A stretch of 64,000 nt of DNA from Acidobacteriota bacterium (GTDB taxonomy: Bacteria; Acidobacteriota; Terriglobia; Terriglobales; Acidobacteriaceae): NCBI GenBank assembly GCA_003224755.1, contig QHZR01000017.1, positions 1,887 to 65,886 of the forward strand. Reading direction: 5' to 3'. Shown in pieces: positions 1-9,676 of this stretch. The notes under the pieces were generated by a model that had not been told where the DNA came from, ran no database searches, and saw nothing but the letters and a program-made list of their open reading frames with translations. Within the stretch, counting starts at the first letter, position 1. Every line of letters starts with the position of its first letter. The position numbers were made by a program, and so were the translations under genes.

Positions 1-1
1 A

Positions 2-2023
2 GCGGAAGCCGCGGGCGGAAAACCTAATCAGTGGTACGAGCGTGCCTACTCCGAGGATGCGACAGATGAAACGATCGCCATTGGTTACGCCAAATGCCTG
101 ATCGCGGACCAGCAGGTTGGCGCCGCCATCTTCGTGCTTGATCCGCTCGCCAGCTCGGAAAATACTTCGGTGGAGTTTCGCGAGTTGTATGCGAAGGCTC
201 TGTTGAGCGCTAACCGCTTGACCGAAGCGGCGCCGCTGGTCTGGCAAATTTTTGAGCAGAACCCATCGCGAATTGAGCAGGTGCGCGACTTAATTGGCGC
301 TTTTTTGGATTCGCAACTCGACAAAGAAGCCGTGACTCTTGCGGAGAAGCTGGAGCACTTTCAGCGCCGCAAGGGGGAACGGCGTGCTGTGCTATCCATG
401 ATGCAGGACATTGTGGCGGGGCATCGGCCATCCGTTGAGATGCTCGAATTTCTGGCCGACCAGTTCAACACCGCGAATCGGGAGGCCGATTATTGCACCA
501 CGCTTCTGAAGCTGTTCGATCTCTACTGCCAGCAAGGCAACTATATGAAGGCAGGGGATGCGTTGGACCGTGCGGCGGAGATTGACGCTTATGAGCCCGG
601 ACATCAGAAACGCCTGGCGGCATTGAAGGGGAAGATTGACCAAAACCGTTACGAGGTGATCGCGTCACGTTTTGGTGCCGCTGCGGAAGCGCAACCCACG
701 CGCAACAATGTCGAGGAAAAAACGCTGGGAGCGGGCACTTTACAGGACCTGATGTTACAGGCTGAAATTTTGGTGCAGTATGGCATGCGCAACAAAGCGC
801 TGGAGCGTCTGCAGAGAATTCAGCAGCTATTTCCTCACGAGGAAGAACAGAACGGGGAATTGAAACAGCTCTACTTGTCCGCCGGAATGACTCCACAGTA
901 CGCCGGTGGCACCGCTCCGGCGCTTGCTCCGACGGTATCGAGCCCCGCATCGCCTGCGGCTCCTGGTGCTGTGGCGTCAGAGGCGCTCGATATGAGCAGC
1001 TTCGCGCGTGTGCCGGACATCACTCGCAAGCTGAACCGGCAGAGCACGGCAGAGACGGTATTAAGCACGGCCGCAAACGAGATTGGACAGCAATGGAACC
1101 TGGGCCGCTGCATTGCCGCACTGCGAAAGCCTGGACTTGCGACCACCGCCTTCAAGGAATTCATCGCCAATGGGCATGAACCAACAAAGCGGGAAGTGAT
1201 CGAGCCGGTAGTCGTGACCTCACATGAATTGGCCGCCAGCCAGGGCGCGCTGGTTTGCGCAGACGTCACGGCTGTACCGGATTTGGAGACGGTTGCTCCG
1301 CAGCTGGCATCCTTAGGCGCAAGGTCATTGCTGGCACTGCCGTTAACCGATGGCAATGAACAGCTCGGCGTTTTGCTGCTCATGGATGGCACGTCTCGCG
1401 CATGGGCACCGAATGATGTGCTCGTCTTCAAGATGATCGCCGAGCAAGTGGCAATCGCATTGAACAATGCGGGCCTGCGCCGGTTGGTCAAGAATCTTTC
1501 TGTAACAGACGAGAATTCCGGATTGCTGAAGCGGGCTTCCTATGTTGATCTGCTGATGGGTGAAGTCCGGCGTGCAACTCAGCAGGCGACGCCCGTAAGC
1601 GTGTTGCTGATGCGATTTGGCGACCGTGCAGCGATGATAAGAGAACAGGGAGAGGCTGCCGCTGATAGCGCGATGCAACGCCTGGGGCAACTTGTGGCTG
1701 CGAACATCCGGCAGAATGATTTAGCGTTTCGCTATGCGGCCAATGCGATCGCGATTGTTCTAGGTGAGACGGCGGAAAAAGAAGCGCTGATGGTGGTCGA
1801 AAAGATGCGCCGCCTGATTTCGACCGCGCTCGACGATAAGCAGGCCGCCGCTTCACTCAACGCCGGCGTCGCGGAAGCGGTCCTGCGGCAGCAGTTCGAT
1901 GCAGTGGACATCGTCACCGAAGTGATCAACCGCGCCGAACATGCACTGGAGAAAGCCGTAACTGAAGGCACAGGTAAGAGCGTAGCGCTGGCGGCGGGGC
2001 TGACCGCGGCGGCTGTGGCATAG
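2..2023 (+). CDS. Signalling protein with TPR-like N-terminus, GAF domain and degenerate GGDEF domain (5' partial; frame open to window start, GTG at 134 is only the first in-window start)
   Basis: ORF 134..2023 translation contains a GAF-like block (LLALPLTDGNEQLGVLLLMDG) and a GGDEF-like C-terminus in which the GGEEF position reads RYAANAI. The frame has no stop back to position 2. Confidence 0.55.
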   Translation, partial: AEAAGGKPNQWYERAYSEDATDETIAIGYAKCLIADQQVGAAIFVLDPLASSENTSVEFRELYAKALLSANRLTEAAPLVWQIFEQNPSRIEQVRDLIGAFLDSQLDKEAVTLAEKLEHFQRRKGERRAVLSMMQDIVAGHRPSVEMLEFLADQFNTANREADYCTTLLKLFDLYCQQGNYMKAGDALDRAAEIDAYEPGHQKRLAALKGKIDQNRYEVIASRFGAAAEAQPTRNNVEEKTLGAGTLQDLMLQAEILVQYGMRNKALERLQRIQQLFPHEEEQNGELKQLYLSAGMTPQYAGGTAPALAPTVSSPASPAAPGAVASEALDMSSFARVPDITRKLNRQSTAETVLSTAANEIGQQWNLGRCIAALRKPGLATTAFKEFIANGHEPTKREVIEPVVVTSHELAASQGALVCADVTAVPDLETVAPQLASLGARSLLALPLTDGNEQLGVLLLMDGTSRAWAPNDVLVFKMIAEQVAIALNNAGLRRLVKNLSVTDENSGLLKRASYVDLLMGEVRRATQQATPVSVLLMRFGDRAAMIREQGEAAADSAMQRLGQLVAANIRQNDLAFRYAANAIAIVLGETAEKEALMVVEKMRRLISTALDDKQAAASLNAGVAEAVLRQQFDAVDIVTEVINRAEHALEKAVTEGTGKSVALAAGLTAAAVA

Positions 2024-2087
2024 TCTCGCGGTCTTAGGAATTCCCCTGTTATGCCGATTCGCTTCGGCTATGCAATCTGAGAGTCGG

Positions 2088-2471
2088 CTATGGGCTCGAC
2101 GTATTGTTGACCATGCGCTTGAGACCATCTTTCAAAGTCACCACATGGAAATTGATGAGCAATCCGATAGGCAGATTCAGCAGCCGCAGATGCGAGAGCA
2201 ACTGCGCCTCGTCTACAGGATGTAGCGCCTCTTTGCACTTCAATTCGAGCGCGACCGTATTATCAACGACCAAGTCTGCGCGAAATTCGCAATCGAGCTT
2301 CACTTCTTCATAATAGAGTGGCACTGCCTTCTGACACTCAACTCGTCTGCCCCGCTTCTGCAATTCGTACGTTAGACAAGCTTCGTATGCAGACTCGAGC
2401 AGCCTGGGGCCAAGCTTGCGATGGATTTTGATCGCGCAGGCAATGATGTCGGAGGTGAGTTGAATGGACAC
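2088..2471 (-). CDS. GxxExxY family protein (PD-(D/E)XK-like fold)
   Basis: 127 aa with the characteristic GPRLLESAYEACLTYEL motif of the GxxExxY family. Confidence 0.55.
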   Translation of the reverse strand: MSIQLTSDIIACAIKIHRKLGPRLLESAYEACLTYELQKRGRRVECQKAVPLYYEEVKLDCEFRADLVVDNTVALELKCKEALHPVDEAQLLSHLRLLNLPIGLLINFHVVTLKDGLKRMVNNTSSP

Positions 2472-2709
2472 CGCGAAAGATTTTTACCGTAGAGTAAACA
2501 GCGTCGAGTTTCATTTCCGGGGAAAAATCTTTGAAGTTCGAGTTCTTCTCCGCGTCCTCAGCGAGAACTCTGCGACCTCTGCGGTTAAAGGCTTTTGAAG
2601 TCGGTGACAGCGCCGAAATCATCGTGTGCCCGTGCGCTGGCGGAGCTCTTCGTTACGCTGCTAGACTAACCAGTTCGGAACAGGCCGCCGCGCCATTCTG
2701 ACGGAACTC

Positions 2710-3909
2710 ATGCTCAAGCCAGGTGACATTGCGATCGTTAGCGGCGCACGCACGCCGTTCGGACGTTATTGCGGCAAGCTGAAAGACTTTACGGCGCAGG
2801 AACTCGGCGCGATTGCCGCCAAAGAGGCGATCCAGCGCGCGGGCGTCAAGGCGGAAGAATTCGATCACGCCGTTTTCGGCAATGCGCAACAGACTTCCGG
2901 CGACGCACTGTACGGTGCCCGTCATGTGGGACTGCGAGCGGGGTTGCCGATTGAAACGCCAGCGCTGACGGTCAATCGCCTGTGCGGTAGCGGCATGCAG
3001 GCAATCGTAAACGGCGCGCACATGATCATGACCGATGAAGGCAGCGTTGTCTTGGCGGGCGGCATGGAAGCCATGTCGCAAGCGCCGTTTGTGATTCGCG
3101 GGCGCGATGGATTCACGCTGGCTCCCGGCGGCAAGCTCGAAGATTCGCTGATGGTTGCGCTGCTCGACAGTTATTGCGGTTCGTACATGGCAAACACCGC
3201 AGAACTGTATGGCTCGCAACACGGAATCACGCGCGAGATGCAGGATGAATTTGCTCTGCGTTCACAAAAATGCACTGATGACGCTTACAAAGCCGGACGC
3301 ATTCAGGAAGAGCTGGTCCCGGTGCCGCTGAAGAGTTCCAAAGGCGAATCAACCGGAGAGTCGCTGACCGAGGACGATCATCGGCGTCCGCAGACCACGA
3401 TGGAAGGGCTGGCCAAGCTGCGTCCGGCGTTTGGAAAAAGCGGAACTGTTACCGCGGGGAACGCCAGCGGCATTGTGGACGGTGGCGCGGCTGTAGTCAT
3501 GATGTCCCTCGAAGATGCAGGCAAACGCGGAATCCAGCCGCTCGGCCGGATTGTGAGCTGGGGAGTTGCGGGAGTTGATCCAAAGATCATGGGCAGTGGG
3601 CCGGTTCCGGCGTCTAAGATCGCTCTGCAAAAGGCTGGCATGACGCTCGAGCACATTGACCTGATCGAGGTGAACGAAGCGTTTGCTGCGCAGTATCTTG
3701 CGGTCGAAAAAGAGTTGGGCCTGGATCGCGAGAAAGTGAACGTAAACGGTGGCGCGATTGCCTTGGGGCATCCGCTGGGCGCAACCGGTACTCGGCTGGT
3801 GATTACGTTGCTCTACGAGTTGCGTCGCCGCAAAAAGAAGTATGGTCTGGCAACGGCGTGCATTGGCGGCGGACAGGGGATTGCGATGGTGGTGGAGAGC
3901 TTGAATTAG
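2710..3909 (+). CDS. acetyl-CoA C-acetyltransferase (thiolase II)
   Basis: 399 aa with thiolase signatures: N-terminal IVSGARTPFG, active-site NRLCGSG, C-terminal GLATACIGGGQG. Confidence 0.9.
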   Translation: MLKPGDIAIVSGARTPFGRYCGKLKDFTAQELGAIAAKEAIQRAGVKAEEFDHAVFGNAQQTSGDALYGARHVGLRAGLPIETPALTVNRLCGSGMQAIVNGAHMIMTDEGSVVLAGGMEAMSQAPFVIRGRDGFTLAPGGKLEDSLMVALLDSYCGSYMANTAELYGSQHGITREMQDEFALRSQKCTDDAYKAGRIQEELVPVPLKSSKGESTGESLTEDDHRRPQTTMEGLAKLRPAFGKSGTVTAGNASGIVDGGAAVVMMSLEDAGKRGIQPLGRIVSWGVAGVDPKIMGSGPVPASKIALQKAGMTLEHIDLIEVNEAFAAQYLAVEKELGLDREKVNVNGGAIALGHPLGATGTRLVITLLYELRRRKKKYGLATACIGGGQGIAMVVESLN

Positions 3910-4079
3910 ATTTTCACCACGGAGACACGGAGTCATGGAGAAAACGACGCTCAAGGCACGAGCGGGAAGGGCAGGGCACGGCTTCAGCCGCCGAATAGGT
4001 TGTCAAACTAATAGCGGCTTTATAGCCGCTGAGGGCGTCGAGGTACCGAATTCGGAGCACATTTAGCGGGGGTGCAGGT

Positions 4080-4418
4080 ATGAAGGCTGGAGCGTTGGTT
4101 CTGTATGAGGTTTGCTGGGCTCTCTTCTTCACCGTTGGGATTGTGCGCGGGTCTGTGCTGGATAGTGATTTTCTCGCTGGGCTGATGGTAGGTGTGTCAT
4201 TGGGATTTTTCGCCTTGACTGTACGTGAAAGAGATGGGTGGCCTTGTTGGTTCCAGAGTTTCGCCACCACATTTTCTGGAGCAAGTTTCCTGAGCGGTCA
4301 ATGGTGGCTGGCATCTCACGGGAAAGGCTGGCAACCCGTATTCATAAGTTTTGGCCCGGTTTTTCTGTTCATGGGACTGTATTCCTTCATCAAGCAGCGT
4401 CTTGCTGCAAGAACTTAG
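4080..4418 (+). CDS. hypothetical small membrane protein
   Basis: 112 aa with 3-4 hydrophobic segments; no recognisable motif. Confidence 0.3.
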   Translation: MKAGALVLYEVCWALFFTVGIVRGSVLDSDFLAGLMVGVSLGFFALTVRERDGWPCWFQSFATTFSGASFLSGQWWLASHGKGWQPVFISFGPVFLFMGLYSFIKQRLAART

Positions 4419-4440
4419 GTTTCGTCGATGGAGGCATCGA

Positions 4441-4660
4441 ATGGAAACTAAAAAAGTTGGCGTTCTGGGTTGCGGGCTGATGGGGTCGGGGATCGTTCAG
4501 GTTTCCGCAATGGCCGGATTCGACGCCGCTGTCCTCGAGGTCGAACAGAAGTTTCTCGACGAAGGTTTTGCGGGAATCGAAAAGTCGTTGTCCAAGTATG
4601 CTGCGCTCGACGGCATTGTCAAGGAAGACGCCATCTTCGCCTCGAACATCATCATGGATC
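4441..4660 (+). pseudogene. truncated 5' duplicate of 3-hydroxybutyryl-CoA dehydrogenase (hbd fragment)
   Basis: METKKVGVLGCGLMGSGIVQVSAMAGFDAAVLEVEQKFLDEGFAGIEKSL aligns with the N-terminus of the full hbd at 6651. It carries an internal ~50-aa deletion and loses similarity after ASNIIM. A tandem ccgtttactgc repeat sits at the breakpoint. Confidence 0.6.
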
Positions 4661-4844
4661 CCGTTTACTGCAATCATGGACCCGTTTACTGCCTACGTAG
4701 TGCGGCAGTCGTAAGGTCCCTCTCCCGTCCTCCTTCGGCGGACGAGTTCGGGATGACAAGATTTTAAGGTTTTTCTCCGTGCCGGAGCCTACCCTGAGCG
4801 AAGTCGAAGGGTGTCTCCGTGGTGAAATGAAGTGATCCTCGTCA

Positions 4845-6581
4845 ATGCGCGTTAATCGCGATATTGGTGGACTGATTTTCTCAATCATGAACAGAGCCTT
4901 CTGCGTTTTGAAAATTCTTCTGTCAGCCGCATTCGTATTTTTTTCAGTCCATTCGTTTCTCCTAGGCCAGGAACCAGTAATCATTCAAGTTCATGCGGAC
5001 CACACTCTCGCCCCGCTCAAGCCGGTCTGGGCCTACTTTGGCTACGACGAGCCAAATTACACGTATGCGCCGCATGGTCGCGAGCTGATTGAGGAAATTG
5101 CCGCACTCAGCCCCGTGCCGGTGCAGATCCGGACGCACAATCTCCTGACTACGGGAGACGGAACTCCGGCGCTGAAGTGGGGATCCACCAACGCCTACAC
5201 CGAAGACGCTTCCGGTCATCCGGTGTATGACTGGAAAATCGTGGACCGCATACTCGACACTTATTTGCAGGCGGGTGCGAAGCCATTTGTTGAAATCGGA
5301 TTCATGCCCGAGGCGCTTTCCACGCATCCACTGCCCTATCAGCATCACTGGCCCAAAGACGAGCTGTATGTCGGCTGGACGTACCCGCCGCGTGATTACC
5401 AGAAGTGGTCGGAGTTGGTCTATCAGTTGGTGTCACACTGCATCGCTCGTTACGGCAAAACGGAAACTGAGTCATGGTCATGGGAGGTATGGAACGAGCC
5501 GAATATCGGATATTGGCATGGAACTCCTGAGGAGTATGACCAGCTCTATGACTATTCGGTTGACGCGGTGCGCCGAGCATTGCCGAACGCACGGGTCGGC
5601 GGACCTGCGACGACGGGCTCTGCTTCAACTACCGCCGCAGCCTTTCTGAGACAGTTTCTCGAGCACTGTGCGCGCGGCAAGAATTTCGCGACGGGAAAAA
5701 ACGGCGCCCCACTCGACTTCATCAGCTTTCATGCAAAGGGCTCGCCCCAGGTCGTGGATGGCAGGGTCCGCATGGGGCTGGCGAATAACCTGTGCGACGT
5801 GGACGAAGGACTTGCGATTGTAGCGTCGTTTCCGGAGTTCGCCCACTTGCCAGTGGTGCTCAGCGAGTCCGACCCGGAGGGTTGTGCCGCCTGTTCGGCC
5901 CGCGTCTATCCGCAGAACGCGTATCGCAACGGTCCCCTGTATCCTGCCTACACTGCCACGGCAATCCGCAACATGCTTGATCTGAATCAGCGCCACAGAA
6001 CCAACCTGGCCGGCATTCTAACCTGGGCCTTTGAATTCGAGGACCAGCCCTACTTCGACGGATTCAGAACGTTGGCAACAAATGGAGTTGATAAGCCGGT
6101 ACTCAATTTGTTTCGCATGCTCAGTTTGATGTCCGGCGACCGCGTTGAAGCGAGTAGCAATGGCAGAGTTGATTTGGATGAAATCCTCAAATCAGGCGTG
6201 CGAGCCGCAGCCGATGTAGATGCAATGGCAGCGCATTCCGAGCACGGCATGACCGTATTGCTATGGAATTACCATGACAATAATGATGAGGCCGCACCCG
6301 AGTCATCCGTTCAATTGAATATCGCCGGCTTGCCTGCCTCGTCAGAGAAGATTGTGGTGCACCATTATCGGATTGACCGCGACCACAGCAACGCATACAC
6401 GCTATGGAAAAAGCTGGGCTCGCCACAGGACCCTGATGCGGAACAGTACGCCGCTTTGAAAGCTGCCGGCCAACTACAATTGCTGGAGTCGCCTCGGTGG
6501 GTGCAGAGTAAAAACGGTGACTTAGTCTTGAGCTTCCCTTTGCCGCGGCAAGCGCTATCGCTGGTGAAGCTGGAATGGTGA
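4845..6581 (+). CDS. secreted glycoside hydrolase, GH39-like (clan GH-A)
   Basis: 578 aa with an N-terminal hydrophobic signal-like segment and a WSWEVWNEPN catalytic acid/base motif typical of GH39/GH5. Confidence 0.65.
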   Translation: MRVNRDIGGLIFSIMNRAFCVLKILLSAAFVFFSVHSFLLGQEPVIIQVHADHTLAPLKPVWAYFGYDEPNYTYAPHGRELIEEIAALSPVPVQIRTHNLLTTGDGTPALKWGSTNAYTEDASGHPVYDWKIVDRILDTYLQAGAKPFVEIGFMPEALSTHPLPYQHHWPKDELYVGWTYPPRDYQKWSELVYQLVSHCIARYGKTETESWSWEVWNEPNIGYWHGTPEEYDQLYDYSVDAVRRALPNARVGGPATTGSASTTAAAFLRQFLEHCARGKNFATGKNGAPLDFISFHAKGSPQVVDGRVRMGLANNLCDVDEGLAIVASFPEFAHLPVVLSESDPEGCAACSARVYPQNAYRNGPLYPAYTATAIRNMLDLNQRHRTNLAGILTWAFEFEDQPYFDGFRTLATNGVDKPVLNLFRMLSLMSGDRVEASSNGRVDLDEILKSGVRAAADVDAMAAHSEHGMTVLLWNYHDNNDEAAPESSVQLNIAGLPASSEKIVVHHYRIDRDHSNAYTLWKKLGSPQDPDAEQYAALKAAGQLQLLESPRWVQSKNGDLVLSFPLPRQALSLVKLEW

Positions 6582-6606
6582 TGCGTGCTCCGCTGGTGGC
6601 CAGCGT

Positions 6607-6636
6607 TAATCCGTGTTCATCCGCGTTGATCCGCGG
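6607..6636 (+). promoter_or_regulatory. array of three ATCCGYG heptads at 10-bp spacing immediately upstream of hbd
   Basis: aatccgtgttcatccgcgttgatccgcgg. Inverted copies lie at 7553..7583 and 8881..8907, and a two-heptad copy at 8056..8073 upstream of crt. Confidence 0.4.
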
Positions 6637-6650
6637 CGAAGGAAGTTGAA

Positions 6651-7544
6651 ATGCAAATCAAAAGAGTTGGTGTTCTCGGTTGTGGATTGATGGGTTCCGG
6701 CATCGCTCAGGTTTCAGCGGCCGCCGGATTCGACACGACCGTGCTGGAAGTCGAGCAGAAGTTTCTAGACAAGGGCTTCGCGGGAATCGAGAAGTCGCTG
6801 GCGAAGTTTGCGGAGAGGCCGCCGGAGAAGGGCGGGATCACGTCGCGACAGAAAGATGAGATTCGCGCGCGGCTGGATGGCACGACCCGGAAAGAAGACC
6901 TCGTCGATTGCGACATCATCATCGAAGCCATCATCGAAAACGTTCCTACAAAGAAAGAAATGTATGCGGCGCTCGATGGCATCGTGAAGAAAGATGCCAT
7001 CTTCGCTTCGAACACTTCGTCCATTTCGATCACCGAGCTGATGACTGCGACCAAGCGGCCGGAGAGGTTCATCGGGCTGCATTTTTTTAATCCTGTCCCA
7101 CTGATGAAGCTTGTGGAAGTGGTGCGGACGATTGCGACTGCAAGCGACGTTTACGAAACTGCATACGATTTCGCGAAGAAGCTTGGCAAAGTTCCGGTAC
7201 GCGCTAGCGACAAAACCGGATTCATCGTGAACCGACTGCTGGTGCCGTATCTGCTCGATGCCATCCGCGCCTACGAAGAAGGCGCGGGCTCGATCGAGGA
7301 CATTGACAGCGCCATGAAACTCGGCTGCGGCTATCCCATGGGGCCGTTCACGCTGCTCGATTTCGTCGGCCTCGACACGACCTACTACATCACGCATGTG
7401 ATGTACGACGAATTCAAAGAGCGCCGCTTCGCCTCGCCTCCACTGCTGAAGCGGCTGGTGATGGCGGGCTGGTACGGGCGAAAGACGGGGAAGGGATTTT
7501 ACGATTATTCGGACCCGAATAATCCGAAGCCGAATAAGCTGTAA
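6651..7544 (+). CDS. hbd: 3-hydroxybutyryl-CoA dehydrogenase / 3-hydroxyacyl-CoA dehydrogenase
   Basis: 297 aa with an NAD Rossmann GVLGCGLMGSGIAQ motif and a 3HCDH C-terminal domain. Confidence 0.9.
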   Translation: MQIKRVGVLGCGLMGSGIAQVSAAAGFDTTVLEVEQKFLDKGFAGIEKSLAKFAERPPEKGGITSRQKDEIRARLDGTTRKEDLVDCDIIIEAIIENVPTKKEMYAALDGIVKKDAIFASNTSSISITELMTATKRPERFIGLHFFNPVPLMKLVEVVRTIATASDVYETAYDFAKKLGKVPVRASDKTGFIVNRLLVPYLLDAIRAYEEGAGSIEDIDSAMKLGCGYPMGPFTLLDFVGLDTTYYITHVMYDEFKERRFASPPLLKRLVMAGWYGRKTGKGFYDYSDPNNPKPNKL

Positions 7545-8089
7545 CTTCTTCGCCACGGATTTACGCGGTTGAACGCGGATTAGACTTGCGAAAAACGGAG
7601 CAAACACTATGAGTCGCACGAGTTCGCTTGGCACCATCATTACGATGCAACTCGTTAACGCTTTACTGGTCTTTGCATTCTCTGTTTACTTGGGCGTGAC
7701 CGCCTACCCTCTCGTAGCCTTCTTTCAGGAACGTGAGGTGACCGCCACATATGTCTCGATGTGGCCGTATTTGTTACGTTGGGGTTACTTGTCCTCGTCG
7801 GTTGGTCGTCCCTCCGGAAGGGAAAACTGTGGGCTTGGTGGTTCGCCGTATCTTGTGACGCCCTCGTCTGCCTCTTTACGGGCTACGACTTTCTGTCTTG
7901 TGGACGCAGGACCGTGATTGTGTGGTGTTTGCGGCTATGAGCTTGTCATCCGGAATCGTTTGCGCATTTCTGTTCATCCCTGACGTACGAGAACGCTATC
8001 GACGAATTCTGCCAAATGCAACTCATCTAAATAGAATTTGAAATGATCGGTTTTTATCCGCGTAAATCCGTGGCAAAGAATTTGATCTT

Positions 8090-8872
8090 ATGATCTTCTC
8101 CAACATTCTCTGCGAAAAGAAAAATGCGATTGCTTACGTCAGCGTGAACCGGCCGAAGGTGCTCAATGCGCTGAATATGGCCACGATGGAAGAGCTACGG
8201 ACGGCGTTTCATAACATTAAGAATGATGCGGGTGTGCGCGTGGTCATCCTGACCGGGGCGGGCGAGAAGGCGTTCATTGCCGGCGCGGACATTGGCGAGC
8301 TGGCGCAGCACGACGCGGTATCGGGCAAAGAGTACACGCACCGCGGGCAGAGCGTGCTCAACCTGATCGAGAACCTGGGCAAGCCGGTGATCGCCTGCAT
8401 CAATGGATTCGCACTCGGCGGCGGATGCGAGATCGCCATGGCCTGCACCATGCGCCTGGCCAGCGAAAATGCCAAGCTAGGACAGCCTGAAGTGAAACTT
8501 GGAATCATTCCCGGCTACGGCGGCACGCAGCGCCTGCCGCGGCTCGTAGGCAAAGGCATTGCGATGCAACTTTTGCTGACAGGCGAGATGATCAGCGCAC
8601 AGGAGGCGCATCGGATTGGGCTGGTGAATGAAGTACTTCCTGCGGCGGATTTGATCCCGCGCGCGGAAGCTATTGCGCAGAAGATCATTGCCAATGCGCC
8701 ACTTGCGGTGCAGTACACGATGGAGGCGGTAAATAAGGGCATGGAGATGACGCTGGCCGAGAGCCTGTATGTGGAGGCGGTGTTGTTTGGCGTGGCTTGC
8801 GCGACGGAAGATAAGAAAGAGGGGACGACGGCGTTTCTGGAGAAGAGGCCGGTGCAGTTCAAGGGACGTTAA
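8090..8872 (+). CDS. enoyl-CoA hydratase (crotonase family)
   Basis: 260 aa with crotonase-fold motifs: AFIAGADI oxyanion region, GGGCEIAMAC, GIIPGYGGTQRLPRLVG. Confidence 0.9.
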   Translation: MIFSNILCEKKNAIAYVSVNRPKVLNALNMATMEELRTAFHNIKNDAGVRVVILTGAGEKAFIAGADIGELAQHDAVSGKEYTHRGQSVLNLIENLGKPVIACINGFALGGGCEIAMACTMRLASENAKLGQPEVKLGIIPGYGGTQRLPRLVGKGIAMQLLLTGEMISAQEAHRIGLVNEVLPAADLIPRAEAIAQKIIANAPLAVQYTMEAVNKGMEMTLAESLYVEAVLFGVACATEDKKEGTTAFLEKRPVQFKGR

Positions 8873-8998
8873 CTTCATCTCCGCGGATGAACGCGGATTT
8901 CACGGATGAAAAACCTTTCACAAGAGAGACATCCTTCGACTTCGCTCAGGACAGGCTCCGACACGCAGAAATCCACCGACGAAAAGATTCGGCGGAAA

Positions 8999-9538
8999 AT
9001 GCGTGCCGGAAACCTTGACGCGTCGGGCATCCGCTTCGGAATCGTTGTTTCTCGGTTCAATGAGTTCATCACTGATCGTTTGCTTCGGAGTGCCTACGAT
9101 GCGCTTTTGCGTTCCGGTGCGAAGGAGAAAGACATCGAGATCGTCCGCGTCCCGGGCTCTTTTGAAATTCCATCCGCCGCTCGCACCCTCGCTGAGACCA
9201 AGAAATGCGATGTCATCATTTGTCTCGGGTGCTTGCTGCGCGGGGACACTGCGCATTACGACGTCATCGTCAACGAAGTCGCGCGCGGGATTGGGCAGTC
9301 GGCGCAGGAAACTGGAGTGCCGCATGCGTTCGGCGTCCTCACCTGTGACACGCTGAAACAGGCGATTGACCGCGCCGGGCTGAAAATGGGCAACAAGGGA
9401 TTCGAAGCGGCACTGGCGGCGGTAGAGATGGCGAATCTGAGAAGAGCCGTCGTTGGTCGTTCGTCGTTGGTCGTTCGCCAACCCAAGAAGCAAGGCGCGA
9501 AACGGGGCATGCGCAAAACTCGTCGCAAAGAGCGTTAG
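8999..9538 (+). CDS. ribH: 6,7-dimethyl-8-ribityllumazine synthase with repeat-derived C-terminal extension
   Basis: Internal ATG at 8999 gives IRFGIVVSRFNEFITD...GVLTCDTLKQAIDRAG, the canonical RibH core. The last ~25 codons overlap a tcgttggtcgttcg repeat. Confidence 0.8.
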   Translation: MRAGNLDASGIRFGIVVSRFNEFITDRLLRSAYDALLRSGAKEKDIEIVRVPGSFEIPSAARTLAETKKCDVIICLGCLLRGDTAHYDVIVNEVARGIGQSAQETGVPHAFGVLTCDTLKQAIDRAGLKMGNKGFEAALAAVEMANLRRAVVGRSSLVVRQPKKQGAKRGMRKTRRKER

Positions 9539-9676
9539 CCTCTGAATCTTGATTTTTTCTTCCTGTAAACTGAAGCTGTTCGTCAGCCAGTCGGGTCGAT
9601 GGCCAAGTGGCCTATGACCGGCGACGCGTTTGTTTTTGCCAACGACCAACGACGAATGACCAATGACGGTTTTCCC

